A stretch of DNA of 63,268 bases, filler included, from Ministeria vibrans ATCC 50519 (lineage: Eukaryota > Protista > Filasterea): NCBI GenBank assembly GCA_943704425.1. It is 6 parts of 6 records of this genome, joined end to end, with 100 filler letters (N's around TTAATTAATTAA, not from the genome) between each part and the next. Parts side by side here need not be neighbours in the genome. Positions count along the whole stretch, not along the records: positions 17,538 to 35,818 come from CALSCP010000434.1; 5 more parts are not named here. One strand, given 5' to 3'. A program made the position numbers and the translations under genes. The notes beneath the pieces are model-generated. The model saw only the letters and a program-made list of their open reading frames with translations, ran no database searches and was not told the DNA's origin. Shown in pieces: positions 22,813-35,918 of this stretch (positions are counted from its first letter, which is position 1; each line of letters opens with the position of its first letter).

Positions 22813-23001
22813 TGTGTATGTACCTTTTGAACGAGAGTGGGAAACATATCGCGAGTGACACCAAAGGAACTGAGCGGACTGACATTGAGAGAGTCGCAGA
22901 GAGAGCGAATAAACTCAACGGCGTCAGAGGCAGTGGCGGAGGGAGATCCCGTCAGGAGCACACCCAATCGATCGTATTTGCCAATAAGAGGGCTGAAATA
23001 G

Positions 23002-23033
<32 letters not shown>

Positions 23034-23773
23034 GAGAAAGAAACAAAGTGATAGAGAGAGAGGAGAAAAAACCAAAGTGATAGAGAAAGAGAGAGAGGGT
23101 CAGTCAATGAGTAAGTGAATGAGTAAGTGAGTAAGTGTGAGTCGCATAGTGTGCTGTGCCAACAGCACTCAGTGAATGAGTGTAGATATGCGTGTGTTTG
23201 TGGATGAGTTCGTGGAAGTTACTTGTTTGGGTCTCTAGCTTTGAGTGCGCGCAGATTGACAGCGAGACAATGTGGCAGAAAACGAGCACAGATAACACCA
23301 TGAGGAGCGGAGCAAGCACCCTAACAACAAAGACAATAAGTGACATACACAGTCGCACACACTTGATCACAAGAAAAATAAGATACCCCAAGTGGCCCGG
23401 CAAACCCGTGCGCAGCGCCCAGACCCGCATTGGCCAGCGCAAGACCCCCGTACAGCGCGGCCATCGCCATATCCTCACGCGCACTCATATCGCTACAAGT
23501 CATGTCACTCGCTCAGTCGATCGTTCATGCAAGCACCATAATAAAAATAATTATGATTATCGCACCTTCCGTCGCTGAATGCCTTGGGGAGTGCCTGTGC
23601 CGCCAACTGAATCCCTTTTTCGGCAAAGACGTCCGTCATGAAATTGGCCTTGACCGACACAAACGGCTCAATGCACTGTGTCAGTGCGTCCAGTCCTGTG
23701 CTTGCTGTCACGTCCGCTGGAACCCCCGTCATCAGCGATGCGTCAATCAGTGCCACATCTGCAACAGCCCATC

Positions 23774-23816
<43 letters not shown>

Positions 23817-24131
23817 GAGGGGAAACAATCGTACCTGCAATCATTTTGTTGCTGCGCACACTCACTTTCACTTTGTGCTCTTCGCTCTTGATCACGCTGT
23901 TTTTGGTCACTTCTGAACCAGTGCCGGCAGTCGTGGGCACAGCAATGAACGGAAGCGGGTCCACGCTCAGTGTCGCGCCATTCCCAATCACCTAAACAAA
24001 AGTATTAGGAGGAACAGCAGAACATCTCTCGTTCGCTCTCATCAGCTTGTTTCTTTCTCTCCCCCTCCTTTCTCTCTCTGTCAATTCTTCTTCTTCTTCC
24101 TCCTCCTCCTCCTCCTCTCTCTCTATCACTA

Positions 24132-24196
<65 letters not shown>

Positions 24197-24242
24197 ATCA
24201 CTTTGTTTCTTTCTCCTCTATCTCTCTCTCTATCACTTTGTT

Positions 24243-24329
<87 letters not shown>

Positions 24330-24889
24330 CCTCCATGTAATCAAATGGCGAGCCCGGGTTGGGAGCCAGGCCTGCCACTGCCTTTGCGGTGTCCACAGCA
24401 GACCCTCCGCCAAAGCCAATGATCAGATCGGCCGCCATAGTGCGCGCCTGAGCGACAGCTGCCGTCACCATCTCTACACCCAAAATGTCATGGAGTGTTT
24501 GATTGTTTGCCGTGTTGTACCGACGGTAGGCTCTCCCGAGACGCAAAAGGTGTCTGCATGCACGGAGCAGCCGCTAAGCGAGTCTAAGCAAGGCTGCAGC
24601 GCGACAGGTCAGTTGATCGATGCACAGCCGTTGCGCCTGTCAGCGTCCCTCCCACCTTGGCTCGTGCGGCGTTGCTTCCGCACACCACAAGGACCCGGCT
24701 GGCCCCCAGCGACTCGGCAATGGCCCCAACCTGAGAGACGCACCCCTGCCCAAAGACGATCCCTAAGGGGAGGAGGAGAAGGACAAGACGAACGGAGAGA
24801 TCAACAACAAACAACATCACAATCTGCTCGGCACGTCTGTTTGCGTTTGCCTCACGTGGTGCGGTTCGAAAGTCAAATTTGTGTGGCAT
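22610..24889 (-). CDS. Iron-containing (group III) alcohol dehydrogenase, multi-exon
   Basis: GFGGGSAVDTAKA, AVPTTAGTGSEVT, GLDALTQCIEPFVS, GGLALANAGLGAAHGFAGPLG, APHG and C-terminal SSSMKGNSIAL. Confidence 0.9.
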
Positions 24890-25148
24890 GAGAGGCGTGT
24901 AATGGTAAAAAAATGAAGTGATTACAGTCCGTGCGATTAGTAGTAATTTATTTTGATTGAGACGCCAATACGACAATGACAATAATTATTATAATAAAAG
25001 GTTTATCAATCACAAATTAGAAGCCGTCTTTTTCATCAATAGTAGTATTTTGATTATGTACAGGTGATTGGAGATTTATTTTACTTCGCGCACGGGCACT
25101 CTCACTCTCTCTTTCTCTCACTCTCGCCCTCTCTCGCTCCGCGCGTGG

Positions 25149-26208
25149 CTATCCCCTGTGTTGGTCGTCTCCGCGAATAAACAGCACATTGTTACATCTC
25201 ACAAGAATCTCCCCCAAGTTGCCCGCCAGTTTTCCATCAATCCATTCTTCGGCGTCCAATACCTGAAAGAGAATAGAAAAAGAAAAGCGAAAGACTCGTC
25301 AGTATAATAATTTGAAACTTAAAAAAAAGACTAAAGACAAAACATTAATACTAATTTTTTGGAATCAGTTGTAAATGCGAATAAAATAGAATCAACAGCG
25401 TGTGTAAAGAACATCAGAATTTGATGGTAACTATGGTTACATCATGTTCCAAATTACAACAACAGCAGAAACCCCCAAAAATCGCGTTTTGGTTTGTGTC
25501 TTCTTCTGACTCTCACCTGAAGATTCATATACGTATCAACTGCTTTGAGTGTACCCTTGTACTCGGCACCCCACTTGAGACGCACATGTACTCTCTTTCC
25601 TGTCAAAAGCGCTGAAAGAAAGAAAAGAAAAAAAAAAGTTGAGTGAGAGTCAACAAAAAAANNNNNNNNNNAAAAAAAAAAAGACAAAACGACGAGAATT
25701 GTCGTGTTTTGTGTGGAATCAAGCATACCTAAGAATGGCTTCGGGTTCAATGGTTGGGCCTACACCAGAAGGAAGCAGAGAGAGAGCGTGAGTCGGACGG
25801 ACAGCGGTGAAAACAGTTGTGTTGCATTGTGTTGGCTGCTGTGCGGCGAATCAAGGCCATTTGGTGCAACCAGCCAAACGCAATCGTCGATAACACCCCC
25901 ACTGCTACGGTGTACCGGCAAGGGCCAGAAGCGGGGCGTTGGAAAATCAAACGTATAGCAAAAAAAAAAAAAGAGAGAGAGAGAGAGAGAGAAAGAGAAA
26001 GAGAGAGAACGAGAAAGCAACGGAGGGAGCGGGTATGAGCACGTGAGAGACTGTACAGGTTGGAACACCATAGCAAGAACAGCTGGGAAGGATGAGCGAA
26101 GCCTGAAGAGAAAATCGCTCAAACGACGAAATAGAGCAAACCGAGTCACACACGCAGAACAAACGAGCTAGCGGGGAGGGTCTTGGCGACTTCCACTCTT
26201 ACCGACAT
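25149..26208 (-). CDS. SNRPF: Small nuclear ribonucleoprotein F (SmF), 4 exons
   Basis: Spliced [75 protein letters not shown] matches the SmF consensus. Confidence 0.93.
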
Positions 26209-26403
26209 GACACCAGAAAGAAGAGCAGAAAAGAGTGATGACTGATGAGTGATGAGTGAAAAATGTCAGTTTTTGATCTCTCGTTCTCAGTCACCACGCA
26301 AGTGCCAAACACAAGTCATGTTTGTCAATGAACAATACGCACTCAGACCGTCAGACGAGGCCAACTCATAAATCAAAATCAACGCCAAAACAAACAATCA
26401 TCA

Positions 26404-27626
26404 TCAATCTTCAATTTTGAGAATGTTCTTCTGCAGAACTGTCTCCATCTCGCGTATTACATAGGCCACTGAGTAGCGCAGTTCGTGGAAGCGCTCCGTT
26501 GAAAACTCAATCAGTTCGACTCGTCCGTCGCTCAATGTAAACTAAAGAAAAAAAAATCGTTTGCTATGTGTGTGTGTGCGTGTGTTTGTGTGTGTTTCCG
26601 CTGACCTGCATCAGAACAGTGGGCTTCATGGTGCGCTTAAGGGCACTTGTGGAGATGCCCACATCCACCCGCCATCGCACTCCTACTGCACCGCGTCCGT
26701 CACGCTTCACAGTCGCCCCTCGAGCCTACACGCCAGACACACATACCGTTTCAATCACATTCACTGACTCCACTCTCTTTCTTCCAATTTTCTGACCTGT
26801 TGCTTGCCCAGCGCTTCCACCAATAGTTCTCTCGAGTCGCCAAAGACCACTTTTTGAAGGTCGGTGATCATTTCCGCCGGCACTTTCAGTGCTTCCAGAT
26901 CCAACTTGAAATGTTCGCTCTATCATCAAAGAAAGAGAGACAACACAAGTGAGAAACAGAAATTTTCTCCCCTCTCGCTCATACTTTTAATGATGTCAGA
27001 GGCAGACGAAGGGCCAAGCGCAACAGGTCGGTCAACGCTGTGGTGCACACTCCCATCTATCAACACAAAAAACATCAGACAAACTATGAAGACAAAATCC
27101 GCTTTTGCACCCACAGATCACTCCACAGACAAAAAAAGGACCCTCCATGGGCCGTACAAGCAACAATAGAAACAGGGCAAAGGCAAGCGAATGATGAATT
27201 GACAACGAGTGAGGGCAGTGGACGCAAGAGAGAGATGTGTTTGAGCGGGCAGTCCTTTTCCGCCTCACATCGCCTCCCAGACGCAAAAATCAGAGATTCC
27301 AAAGGGCACAAAGTCAACAGTAGACTACTGTCAACGGGACAGCGCAGCGTTGAAAGGCCCCCGAACCCACACAAGTATCCAAATTTTGATTTTTTTTATC
27401 GTTCTAGGCTCAAACTGTGCCGTACCGACTCTGTATCGCCACCGGCCGACGCAAGCTTTGCGAATTTGTCGTCGCTAATAGGTGTGCCTTCAAGAGTGTC
27501 GACGGCGAGCTGTAGCATTGCACGAAAGATTTTCTTTTCGAGTTTGGGCAAAGCCTTGCACAGCAATTTGAGAGTTGGCGGTACTCTGCCGCCGTAGAAC
27601 GGGAGTCTTTCCAGGCCCGTCGACAT
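26404..27626 (-). CDS. COMMD5: COMM domain-containing protein 5, multi-exon
   Basis: N-terminus PFYGGRVPP..LEKKIFRAMLQLAVDTLEG. COMM domain RWRVDVGISTSALKRTMKPTVLMQ-FTLSDG..RFHELRYSVAYVIREM. Confidence 0.88.
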
Positions 27627-27796
27627 TGGAAACCAGAGAGAGGATGGAGAAATGAAAGTGAGCTGATACTTGGGACCTGAGTTGAAAGTGAGTTCTCACT
27701 CTTAATCTTTGAGTGATCATTCTCATCATTGAAACGGTCAACATTGATTTTTCCCATGTCCGAGTAAGATCTCCCCCTCCCCCTCCCTCCCGCCCC

Positions 27797-30700
27797 ATGC
27801 CCCGTGCTGAATCCATGTCTCGTGCTCAACCCCCCTCCCCGCCTAGGTACACCTTCGATTCGTCGTACGCCTTCCAACAGCCCGACGATGAGCACTCGAT
27901 CGTTTTCGGCGAACCTTGGAGCGACGACGACTCGCAGTCCTCCATTTGCGCCGCCACACTCACAAAGGTACATTTCATTCCGTCGTCAACGCGCCGCGTT
28001 CCCCCGATTTCCCCCCTTTTTCCGCTTTCTTGCGACTAAAACATCTTGTCATTGCAACGTCACCTTGTCAATTTTACTGAAACAACCCTTTCCCGACTTG
28101 CCCACAACGCTTTCTTCTTCCCACACGTCCCCCTTTTTGTAACATTTCCCCTTCGTTCTGTCCCCCAACCGATTCTGCTGTCGTTATTTGTATTATTTGT
28201 CTTCAATGATTTTTTTTTTCTCACTCTCTCCCTTTCTCCTCTTCTCTTCAGATTGTCGAACGGCTGTGCCACCCGACGTGGAAAGACGATCGGTTTGTGG
28301 ACACGGTGCTGACGACGCACCACATGTTCAGCGACAGCGCGTCGCTGTTGCGTCTCATAGTGGACCGTTACAATATGCCAGAGCCAAGCAACACAGACGA
28401 TCCGCTGCCCTTCTACGAGAACATCCTCGACCCGCTGCACTCGCGCGTCATGGCTGTGCTTGACCGTTGGCTCACTCTTGCGCCCCACGACTTCGAGCTG
28501 TCCTCTACCAAGGCGTTTCTCCAGCAATTCCTTGCGTCGCCCGCCGTCAAGGAAGACTTCCCAAGCGAAAGCGCAACGCTTGTGCGTCGCCTTGCCGAGC
28601 CCGTCAAGCGCCAGCAAGTACCCGCACTCACCGGCTCGACGTCCAATCCCCAAGGTGGTCTCGCTGTGGCCGGTGGTGCCGGCGGCAACGGTGCCGACCG
28701 AGCCGCGCCACGTCGCTCCGCCTCGCGACGCAAACGCTTCACGCAGGAGGCGCTCTCCATGCTCAGTTCGCTGCGCGCCTCATCGTCCAACGTGGGATCG
28801 CAAGCAGCAGGCTTGGGCAGCGGTGGTAGTGGCGCAGCCGACGGCGATGCGCAGTCAGTCATGGACAGGAAGAATCTCGCGTCGGTGCCGCCTAAACAGC
28901 TCGCAGCTGCCATGTCCACTGCAATGATGTCGCTTCTTTCGCACGTCGATCCCTCCGAGATCTTCGAGCTGTCCTGGCTCTCGTCAGGAGGCAATCGCGT
29001 CTCTCACATGGCCAAAGTGCTGCAACACCTCGACCGACTGCGCCGTCTTGTCGCACAGCAGGTCATTGACAATGGAGCCTCAGTCGTCGGTCGCTCAACC
29101 ATGCTCAAGCACTTTGTCGCGACCGCCGAGGCATCTTTTGACCTGGGCGACCACTGCCACGCCGGTGAGATTATCCTTGCTCTGCAATCACCAGCACTGC
29201 TGCGACTAGGTGACTCGTGGGCGGGTGTTGATGCCGGCTCACGCGCCACCTTTGCGCGTCTCTCCTACCTCTTCTCCGAGGAGGATCACTACGCGGCCTA
29301 CCGCGGATACGCCCTCAGCAATCCCTCGACAAAGACCATTCCATTTGTACATGCGCTTGTTGCGCTTCTTGAGCACGCCCACACTACCTACCCGCGCACC
29401 CCAGGACCCCTGGTCAGCCTTGCCTCCTGCTACCCCTGCGCCTTCCCCATCCAACATCTTACCATCGCCCTCTACGGTAACTTTACTGGTGGCAGCACCG
29501 ACCGCGATCACGTCGGCTTCTTTTCCTCTCTCAGCGGTCTCTCCGGTCCCCGCCTCGACCCTAGCAAGACCCAACTCGAGCGCTCCATTGCTCTCGAACC
29601 TCACCCTCGCACCCGTCCCGAATTCGACATGGAAGAGGCCGCGCGCGCCGCTGCCGCGCCCCCACTTCCCATTCTTGTCGCCATGACCGCTATCAAAAAG
29701 TCTGATGTGCGCGTCAACCCGGTGACATCAGCATCAGCAGCACACTCCAAAGTGGCCGTTGTCGCTGCCCCGGCTGCTGCTGCCGCCGCACCGCCGCCGT
29801 CCGTCTCTCGCACCGCTTCCACCATGTCCACTCTGTCTCAGCAGAACGCAGTCAACCAGTCCCAAGTGACCACCACCATGCCCATCGTGACTCCCGTACC
29901 CGCCTCCCAACGCCGAGAATGGGTCTTCACTTACCCCGAAGGTTATCGCTTTGGCACGCCTGACTCCTCTGCCAACCTCGTCTTTGACCCGGCCAAGCGC
30001 ATTGCACGTGCCACCCTCGCCAAGTACATTGAGTGCGTGACTACCAGTGACGATGCTGAGCTGTCACACACCTTTTTCACTGCCGCACGCGCCATCTGCC
30101 GTCCCTTTGACCTGCTCAAGCTCATGGCCGAGTACTACGAGAATGTCGAGGCTGACAACATTGAGACGGAGGAGGACCTCGACGTGTACAACGACGACGA
30201 ACTTGTGCCGCTGCGCATTGCTGTGCTGCGCCAGCTCGCCATCTGGATCGAAGTGTACCCCGAAGATTTCCGCACCAACGACCGTGCCTTTCTCGAGACG
30301 CTCGCTGTGTTCCTCTTTGTCGAGGACGTCGACTCGGAAATCCTCGACAGTGCCACCGAACACGTCAAGCAGCTCGTCAAGGACGCGACCCGTCGTGCCA
30401 AACGGGACCGCCCTGTCAGCCTTGACAATGCCCCGGCCATCATCATTCAGCCCGGTCGCCACGAGACGAGTATCATTCGCGACATTCTCTCAATGGATGT
30501 GCTCGAGGCGGCGCGTCAGCTTGCCCTCATTGCCATGCGCATCTACCTCAACATCGACTTGCCCAAGGTCATTGAGCTTGCGGGCACGGCGCGTCTCTCC
30601 GAGTCGCTTGCCAGTGCGTTTGCGCCGCTTGACCAGCGCCAGAAGTCGCTCTCGGGCTGGGTCGCTGAGTCAGTGGTGCACTCGGCCAACAACGAAGTGC

Positions 30701-32325
30701 GCACCGAAGTGATCAGTGCCTTTATTGACTTGGCGTCAGCCTCGCGCGACCTTGGCGACCAGTGCAGCTTTGTTGGGGTGCTCTTCGGACTGGCGTCGCC
30801 GGCGAGCAAGGCTATGACACAGTCGTGGCAGGCGGTGAGCCCCGCGCGCATGACGCTGCTCAAATCGATGGGGAGCACTGTGCGCGAAGGAGGCCTACAG
30901 GCTGGCAAGGTAGCGGGTGTGCCCGGTGTGCCCTTTGCGCGCGACGCCATTGCACAACTTACGACGGCTCTTTCGTCGACCCAGCGCGTTGCCAACGACA
31001 CCACAACACTTGTGGACCACGCTGCATTGCACCTTATTGCCGAGAATGTGTCGCGCTTCCGCAACATGCAATTCCCGTATGCACTGCGCGAGTGGCTGCG
31101 TGCGCGTGACTTCCTGGAGAATGTGGCGGGCACCGTGAATGCAGACGTGCTGTTGGCGTCGGCGCAGGAGATGGACGCTGGTGACGGCACGGACCAGTCG
31201 CTGAACGACGGCGAGAGTCGAGTGAGGCGGGGACGCAAGGGAACAGGACGATTTAGCAGAGAGGCGCTTAAGCGCACGACGAGCAAGGAGCCGACGCCCG
31301 TGGATCCCGTGAAGATGGCGAGCAACCTCAAGGCAGCGAGCAGTACGAGTGTTGGTGGAGGCGACACAGCGCCTAAACTGATGCCCAAGCGCTCCTCGTC
31401 GGTTGTCAAGACGGTCGTGGTGCGCCGCTCGTCTTCAAATTTGTCGCGCAACTCGACAAAGTCGCCGGTTGTGCCAGCACCCGATGTCATATCCGAGGAG
31501 GAGGAGAACAAGCAGGCCAGGGAGCGCGCGAACGAAGAGGCGGCGCGGATGGTCGACGCCGAGCGCGCTCGCATTGAGGAGGAGGCTGCGCGTCAGGCTG
31601 TGGAGAAGGCCGCTGCTGATCTTGCACATGCAAATCGACTTGCGGCCGAGCAGCGGCGAATGGCTGCTGAGGAGGCTAGGGCTGCCGCGGAGGCTAAGGC
31701 TGCTGCTGAGGCCAAGGCTGCTGCTGAGGCCAAGGCTGTTGCTGAGGCCAAGGCTGCTGCTGAGGCCAAAGCTGCTGCCGAGGCCAAGGCTGCTGAGGAG
31801 GCCAAGGCTGCTGCTGAGGCGCAGGCTGCTGCTGAGGCGCAGGCTGCTGCCGAGGCCAAGGCTGCTGCCGAGGCCAAGGCTGCTGCTGAGGCCAAGGCTG
31901 CTGCCGAGGCCAAGGCTGCTGCTGAGGCCAAGGCTGCCGCTGAGGCCAAAGCTGCTGCCGAGGCGAAGGCTGCTGAGGAGGCCAAGGCTGCTGCTGGGGC
32001 CAAGGCTGCCGCTGAGGCCAAGGCTGCTGCCGAGGCCGAGGCTGAACGAGTGCGCAAACAAGAGGAGGCTGAGGCTGCACAATCGAAAGCGGAGTCGGAG
32101 AGGCAAGCTGCTGCTTCTTCTGCAGAGAAGGAAACAGCGATGCCGGTGGGAGGAGCAGCTGCAGCACGAAAAAGACTGCTCGAAAAGGCCGCTGCCGACA
32201 AAAATGGTCTGACCGCCGAGAACATTGTGTCCATTCTGGAGGGAAACGACGCACTTCGCGAGCAAGTGCGCAAGCTGCTGCTCGGTGACATTGAAGAGCG
32301 CCTCAAGAAGCTCGAAAACAAATAG
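27797..32325 (+). CDS. RasGEF with two tandem SOS-like REM-CDC25 modules and a C-terminal (AEAKAA)n helix
   Basis: Intron 27968-28251. REM1 YAFQQPDDEHSIVF...AATLTKIVERL..FVDTVLTTHHMF..LIVDRYNMPEP and REM2 YRFGTPDSSANLVF..ATLAKYIE both resemble the SOS REM (YRFAEPDSEENIIF). Each is followed by CDC25-like helices. Confidence 0.8.
31680..32042 (+). repeat. 18-bp coding tandem repeat (GAGGCCAAGGCTGCTGCT; AEAKAA x ~20)
   Basis: Seen directly. Confidence 0.95.
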
Positions 32326-32542
32326 AACAAGAAATACAACAACTTAACACAATTCGATACAATGGATACATTATGGGGAGTGTTCATCTCATTGTGTAAA
32401 CCGTCAGAAAATCTCATTGAGGCATCTTATAATTGATTCAATCCGTAACAGCCTCAGCATCCGATAAATCCGATTGAATAATTTAAATTTCAGTCATATT
32501 TATTCATCAAATCGTGTCATTCGTGTGTGCGTTTTGACTCTT

Positions 32543-35217
32543 ATGCCCTCTACCGGGCCCCTTTGGGGTACGGTTCTTCTTTTACTGGGACTGACCTCGT
32601 CCACGTTATCTTTGCTGAACGCGTGGGAGCCAGCGCAAATCGAATCGTTCACACCAGTTTTGCTGGGACTGAATGATTATCCGTCTCCGGTCGCCTACTT
32701 TGTCCCAGCAAATCGCTCCGCCGCCGCTGTGTTTCTCCACTTCTCGCTTCCATCGCAGGGTGTTGCTGTTGTGCCCACCACTATGATCTTCTCGGTTGCG
32801 TCCAGCTCGTGGGGACCACTCAACGGCGGAGCAATTCCCTCCGAAGTGCTCACTGCGTTTGTTTCGTCAGCGACCATAAACGGCTCTCGCACGGCCGTTG
32901 TCGCCGGTGCGTCCCCAGACGCTTGTGTATTTGAACCTCCGCCAATTCTCACCTGTCTCTGGGACGTCTTCGTGTACCTCGACGTCGCTTCGTTGACTTG
33001 GAAGCGTCTGCCAAGTCCAAATGGTTCGCCCGGACGAAAAATTGCCTTTCCCGCCTTCTTTGCGCCTATGAGCACCGGAGTAGGCAACCTGATAGGCTCT
33101 GTGTCGTGTGGCGACCTTGTTCTTGTGCTGGCTGTCGCTCCTCTGCACGGCACAACCATTCAAGCAAACGTTTCCTTCTGTAAGGCACAACAGTGCTCTC
33201 AAGGACGACCGTCTCACAGATGTATTCATTAGGTCCCGGTGCGGCAGAGGGCTGTCTCCTGTATCTCTGGGAACCAGACTCGGGCGTAAGACAGCCACCT
33301 TACTTTGGTTGTCTTCTGATTTTTAATGCGTCTCTTGTCAGGTCATTGTGTATGTCCGTCACTTCCTTGGCGCTGTGCCTCCGTTCGCCTCCTCAAACCC
33401 CCCTAGCCTCACGTGTCATGCGGCATCAAGAACGGTGATTGTAGTCAACAGCGCCTACCCCGCCTGGCAGCTGCATCTTCCCTCTGTCGCCGACATCCGC
33501 GCCATTGGCGTCTCTCATTCAGAACTTGTGCCTCAATTTAGCACCCCCGTCCAGTGGTCCTTTCTTGCCAATGCCACTCTAACTGACATTCTGTACCCTT
33601 TGTTTCATCAGCTCTTTTAGCCACCTCTCATACTCACTAAATATGTGTTGTTATTTTTGTGTGTATGTGTGTGTGTGTGTGTAGGTCACACTACAAATGT
33701 TCACCGGCAACCCTCGGCACTGGCTTTATCACCGCCTCGGGTCGTCTTGCCGTCTATGTCTCGTGTCTGAGCGACTCTTCGGTCGTTGAACCATTTTCCA
33801 TTGTATACTTTCCCCCCCTCTCTCTCTATCACAACCTCTACCAACCAACATTCAAGTGTGGCTGATCTCGGTGTGTGTGTAGATGCGCGGTCTGTCTGGC
33901 ACATCCCAGAGTGCCTTTGCCCAGCTGAACCTCACAACGGGTCAATGGCAAGTCGCCAAGTTAGTTCAAAGCATCTACGACGTAAAATAAAAACAAAGAA
34001 GCAGCTTCACTCATCACTCATTTTTTATTGAAAATAATTATTCATCTAGGCATCTTTGCGTCCAGTGCACTCAGTTACCGATAGGGGTGACGGAACAGCA
34101 CTACTTTTGGCGGGACGGCCCAGCGTGTCCTCATACATTACAACGGGCGAGGTTGCGTCGCGCCTGCTCCTACTTCAACCGCCTGTGCTTCGCATTACCA
34201 CGGCGACCACTGCCGCCCAATTGGCTGCACCCTCCCATTCTGCTCCTGACATTGCTTTTGTGTCGGTCTTTGAGCTTGCGTACACTACGTGGCGTCTTAA
34301 CCTGACGTCGCTTGTCGCAAATCCCATAATTGTCACCGGTGTGTATCAGTCTGCGACTGCCACTGTCTCGCCCAATGTACCATTCAACATTGCTGCCTCT
34401 GTCTATCAGGCATTTGCCGCAATTGACAGTACGAAGTTTACTTGAACGCACAATTACATTCTTTACGATCAATCATCTACTCTCTATCACTTTGTTTTCT
34501 CTCTCTTTTTTTCTCTCCTCGTTTGCTCTCTCTCATTCTGCCTTTCTTTTGTTCTCCTTCTCAGTGTGCCGTGTGTTCTACCAAGGCGGTCTGGCATTCA
34601 ATCACATCTACAACTCAAACCACACAAGTATGGAAACCCTACAAACACACATGAGAGAGACGAAAGACACACTTACACAAATCACATACATACATACAAA
34701 ACACTATGCTGAGAGTGTATTATTATTGTTTTTAAAGCTTTGTTGAATACATGCACTGGCGTCTGGTACAAAGCTGCAGATGGACCGTCGCTTATTTCTC
34801 ACTCAGCAGTAATCAAATCAATCCTATAAAATCCTATATTCTTTTGCTTGTTTTGTTTTTTTTTCTTCTGTAGATTGGAGTTGAACGAGAGAGTGACGGC
34901 GCTCCCTTTGTCGTCATTTTTGGTGGCTATGGTGACACGAGCTTACCCTTCTCAAGCGTGCCTATGCAGCCTATGCAGCGCATTCCCCAGCAAACTACGT
35001 ACTTGTACGACGTCGCGCACGACGCATGGTCGTCCTCTACTGCCCGTTGTACGACAAAAAATACCTTAAGTCCTCTTTATAATTCTGCTTATATTTAGCC
35101 CCACTTCCATCTGCTGCTCGCATGTTTACTGTGGCGTATGGCTCGCTTGCCATATTTGGTGGCGGGTTTGTTGCGCAACCGACAGCATCAACGACCGTGT
35201 ACAACCAACTTGCAGCG
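32543..35217 (+). CDS. Putative secreted multi-exon protein with Kelch-like beta-propeller segments; 3'-truncated
   Basis: Signal-like MPSTGPLWGTVLLLLGLTSSTLS. Segments VYLDVASLTWKRLP, FFGGYG...TYLYDVAHDAWS and AIFGGG are Kelch-like. The exon structure is not fully resolved. Confidence 0.45.
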
Positions 35218-35309
35218 TAAACATTACAATCATCTAATAATAATAATAATGTTATTATTAAATTTGTTCACTGTGCTCATTTTTTTCTATTCTTATTTTT
35301 TTCTCTCTC

Positions 35310-35818
35310 TCTCCCACTTTGTTTTTTTTTCCTCCTTTCTCTCATTATCACTTTGGTTATTTCTCCCTCTTTTCTCTCATTATCACTTTGGTTATTTCTC
35401 CCTCTTTTCTCTCTTTATCCCTTTGTTTCTTTCTCCCTCCTTTCTCTCTTTCTCACTTTGTTTCTTTCTCCCTCCTTTCTCTCTTTATCACTTTGTTTCT
35501 TTCTCCCTCCTTTCTCTCTTTCTCACTTTGTTTCTTTCTCCCTCCTTTCTCTCTTTATCCCTTTGTTTCTTTCTCCCTCCTTTCTCTCTTTCTCACTTTG
35601 TTTCTTTCTCCCTCTTTTCTCTCTTTATCACTTTGTTTCTTTCTCCCTCCTTTCTCTCTTTATCACTTTGTTTCTTTCTCCCTCCTTTCTCTCTTTCTCA
35701 CTTTGTTTCTTTCTCCCTCTTTTCTCTCATTATCACTTTGGTTATTTCTCCCTCTTTTCTCTCTTTATCCCTTTGTTTCTTTCTCCCTCCTTTCTCTCTT
35801 TCTCACTTTGTTTCTTTC
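35310..35818. repeat. ~32-33-bp pyrimidine minisatellite (CACTTTGTTTCTTTCTCCCTCCTTTCTCTCTTT)
   Basis: About 15 tandem copies running into the contig gap. Confidence 0.92.
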
Positions 35819-35918
35819 NNNNNNNNNNNNNNNNNNNNNNNNNNNNNNNNNNNNNNNNNNNNTTAATTAATTAANNNNNNNNNNNNNNNNNNNNNNNNNN
35901 NNNNNNNNNNNNNNNNNN
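35819..35918. other. Artificial contig-join spacer
   Basis: N44-TTAATTAATTAA-N44. Confidence 0.97.

Noticed and set aside
31680-32042. TolA-like bacterial gene
   Set aside because: The similarity is only low-complexity AEAKAA, in frame with a eukaryotic RasGEF.
31403-32417. Long overlapping and antisense ORFs over the AEAKAA repeat and other GC-rich exons
   Set aside because: Shadow frames of stop-poor repetitive coding sequence.
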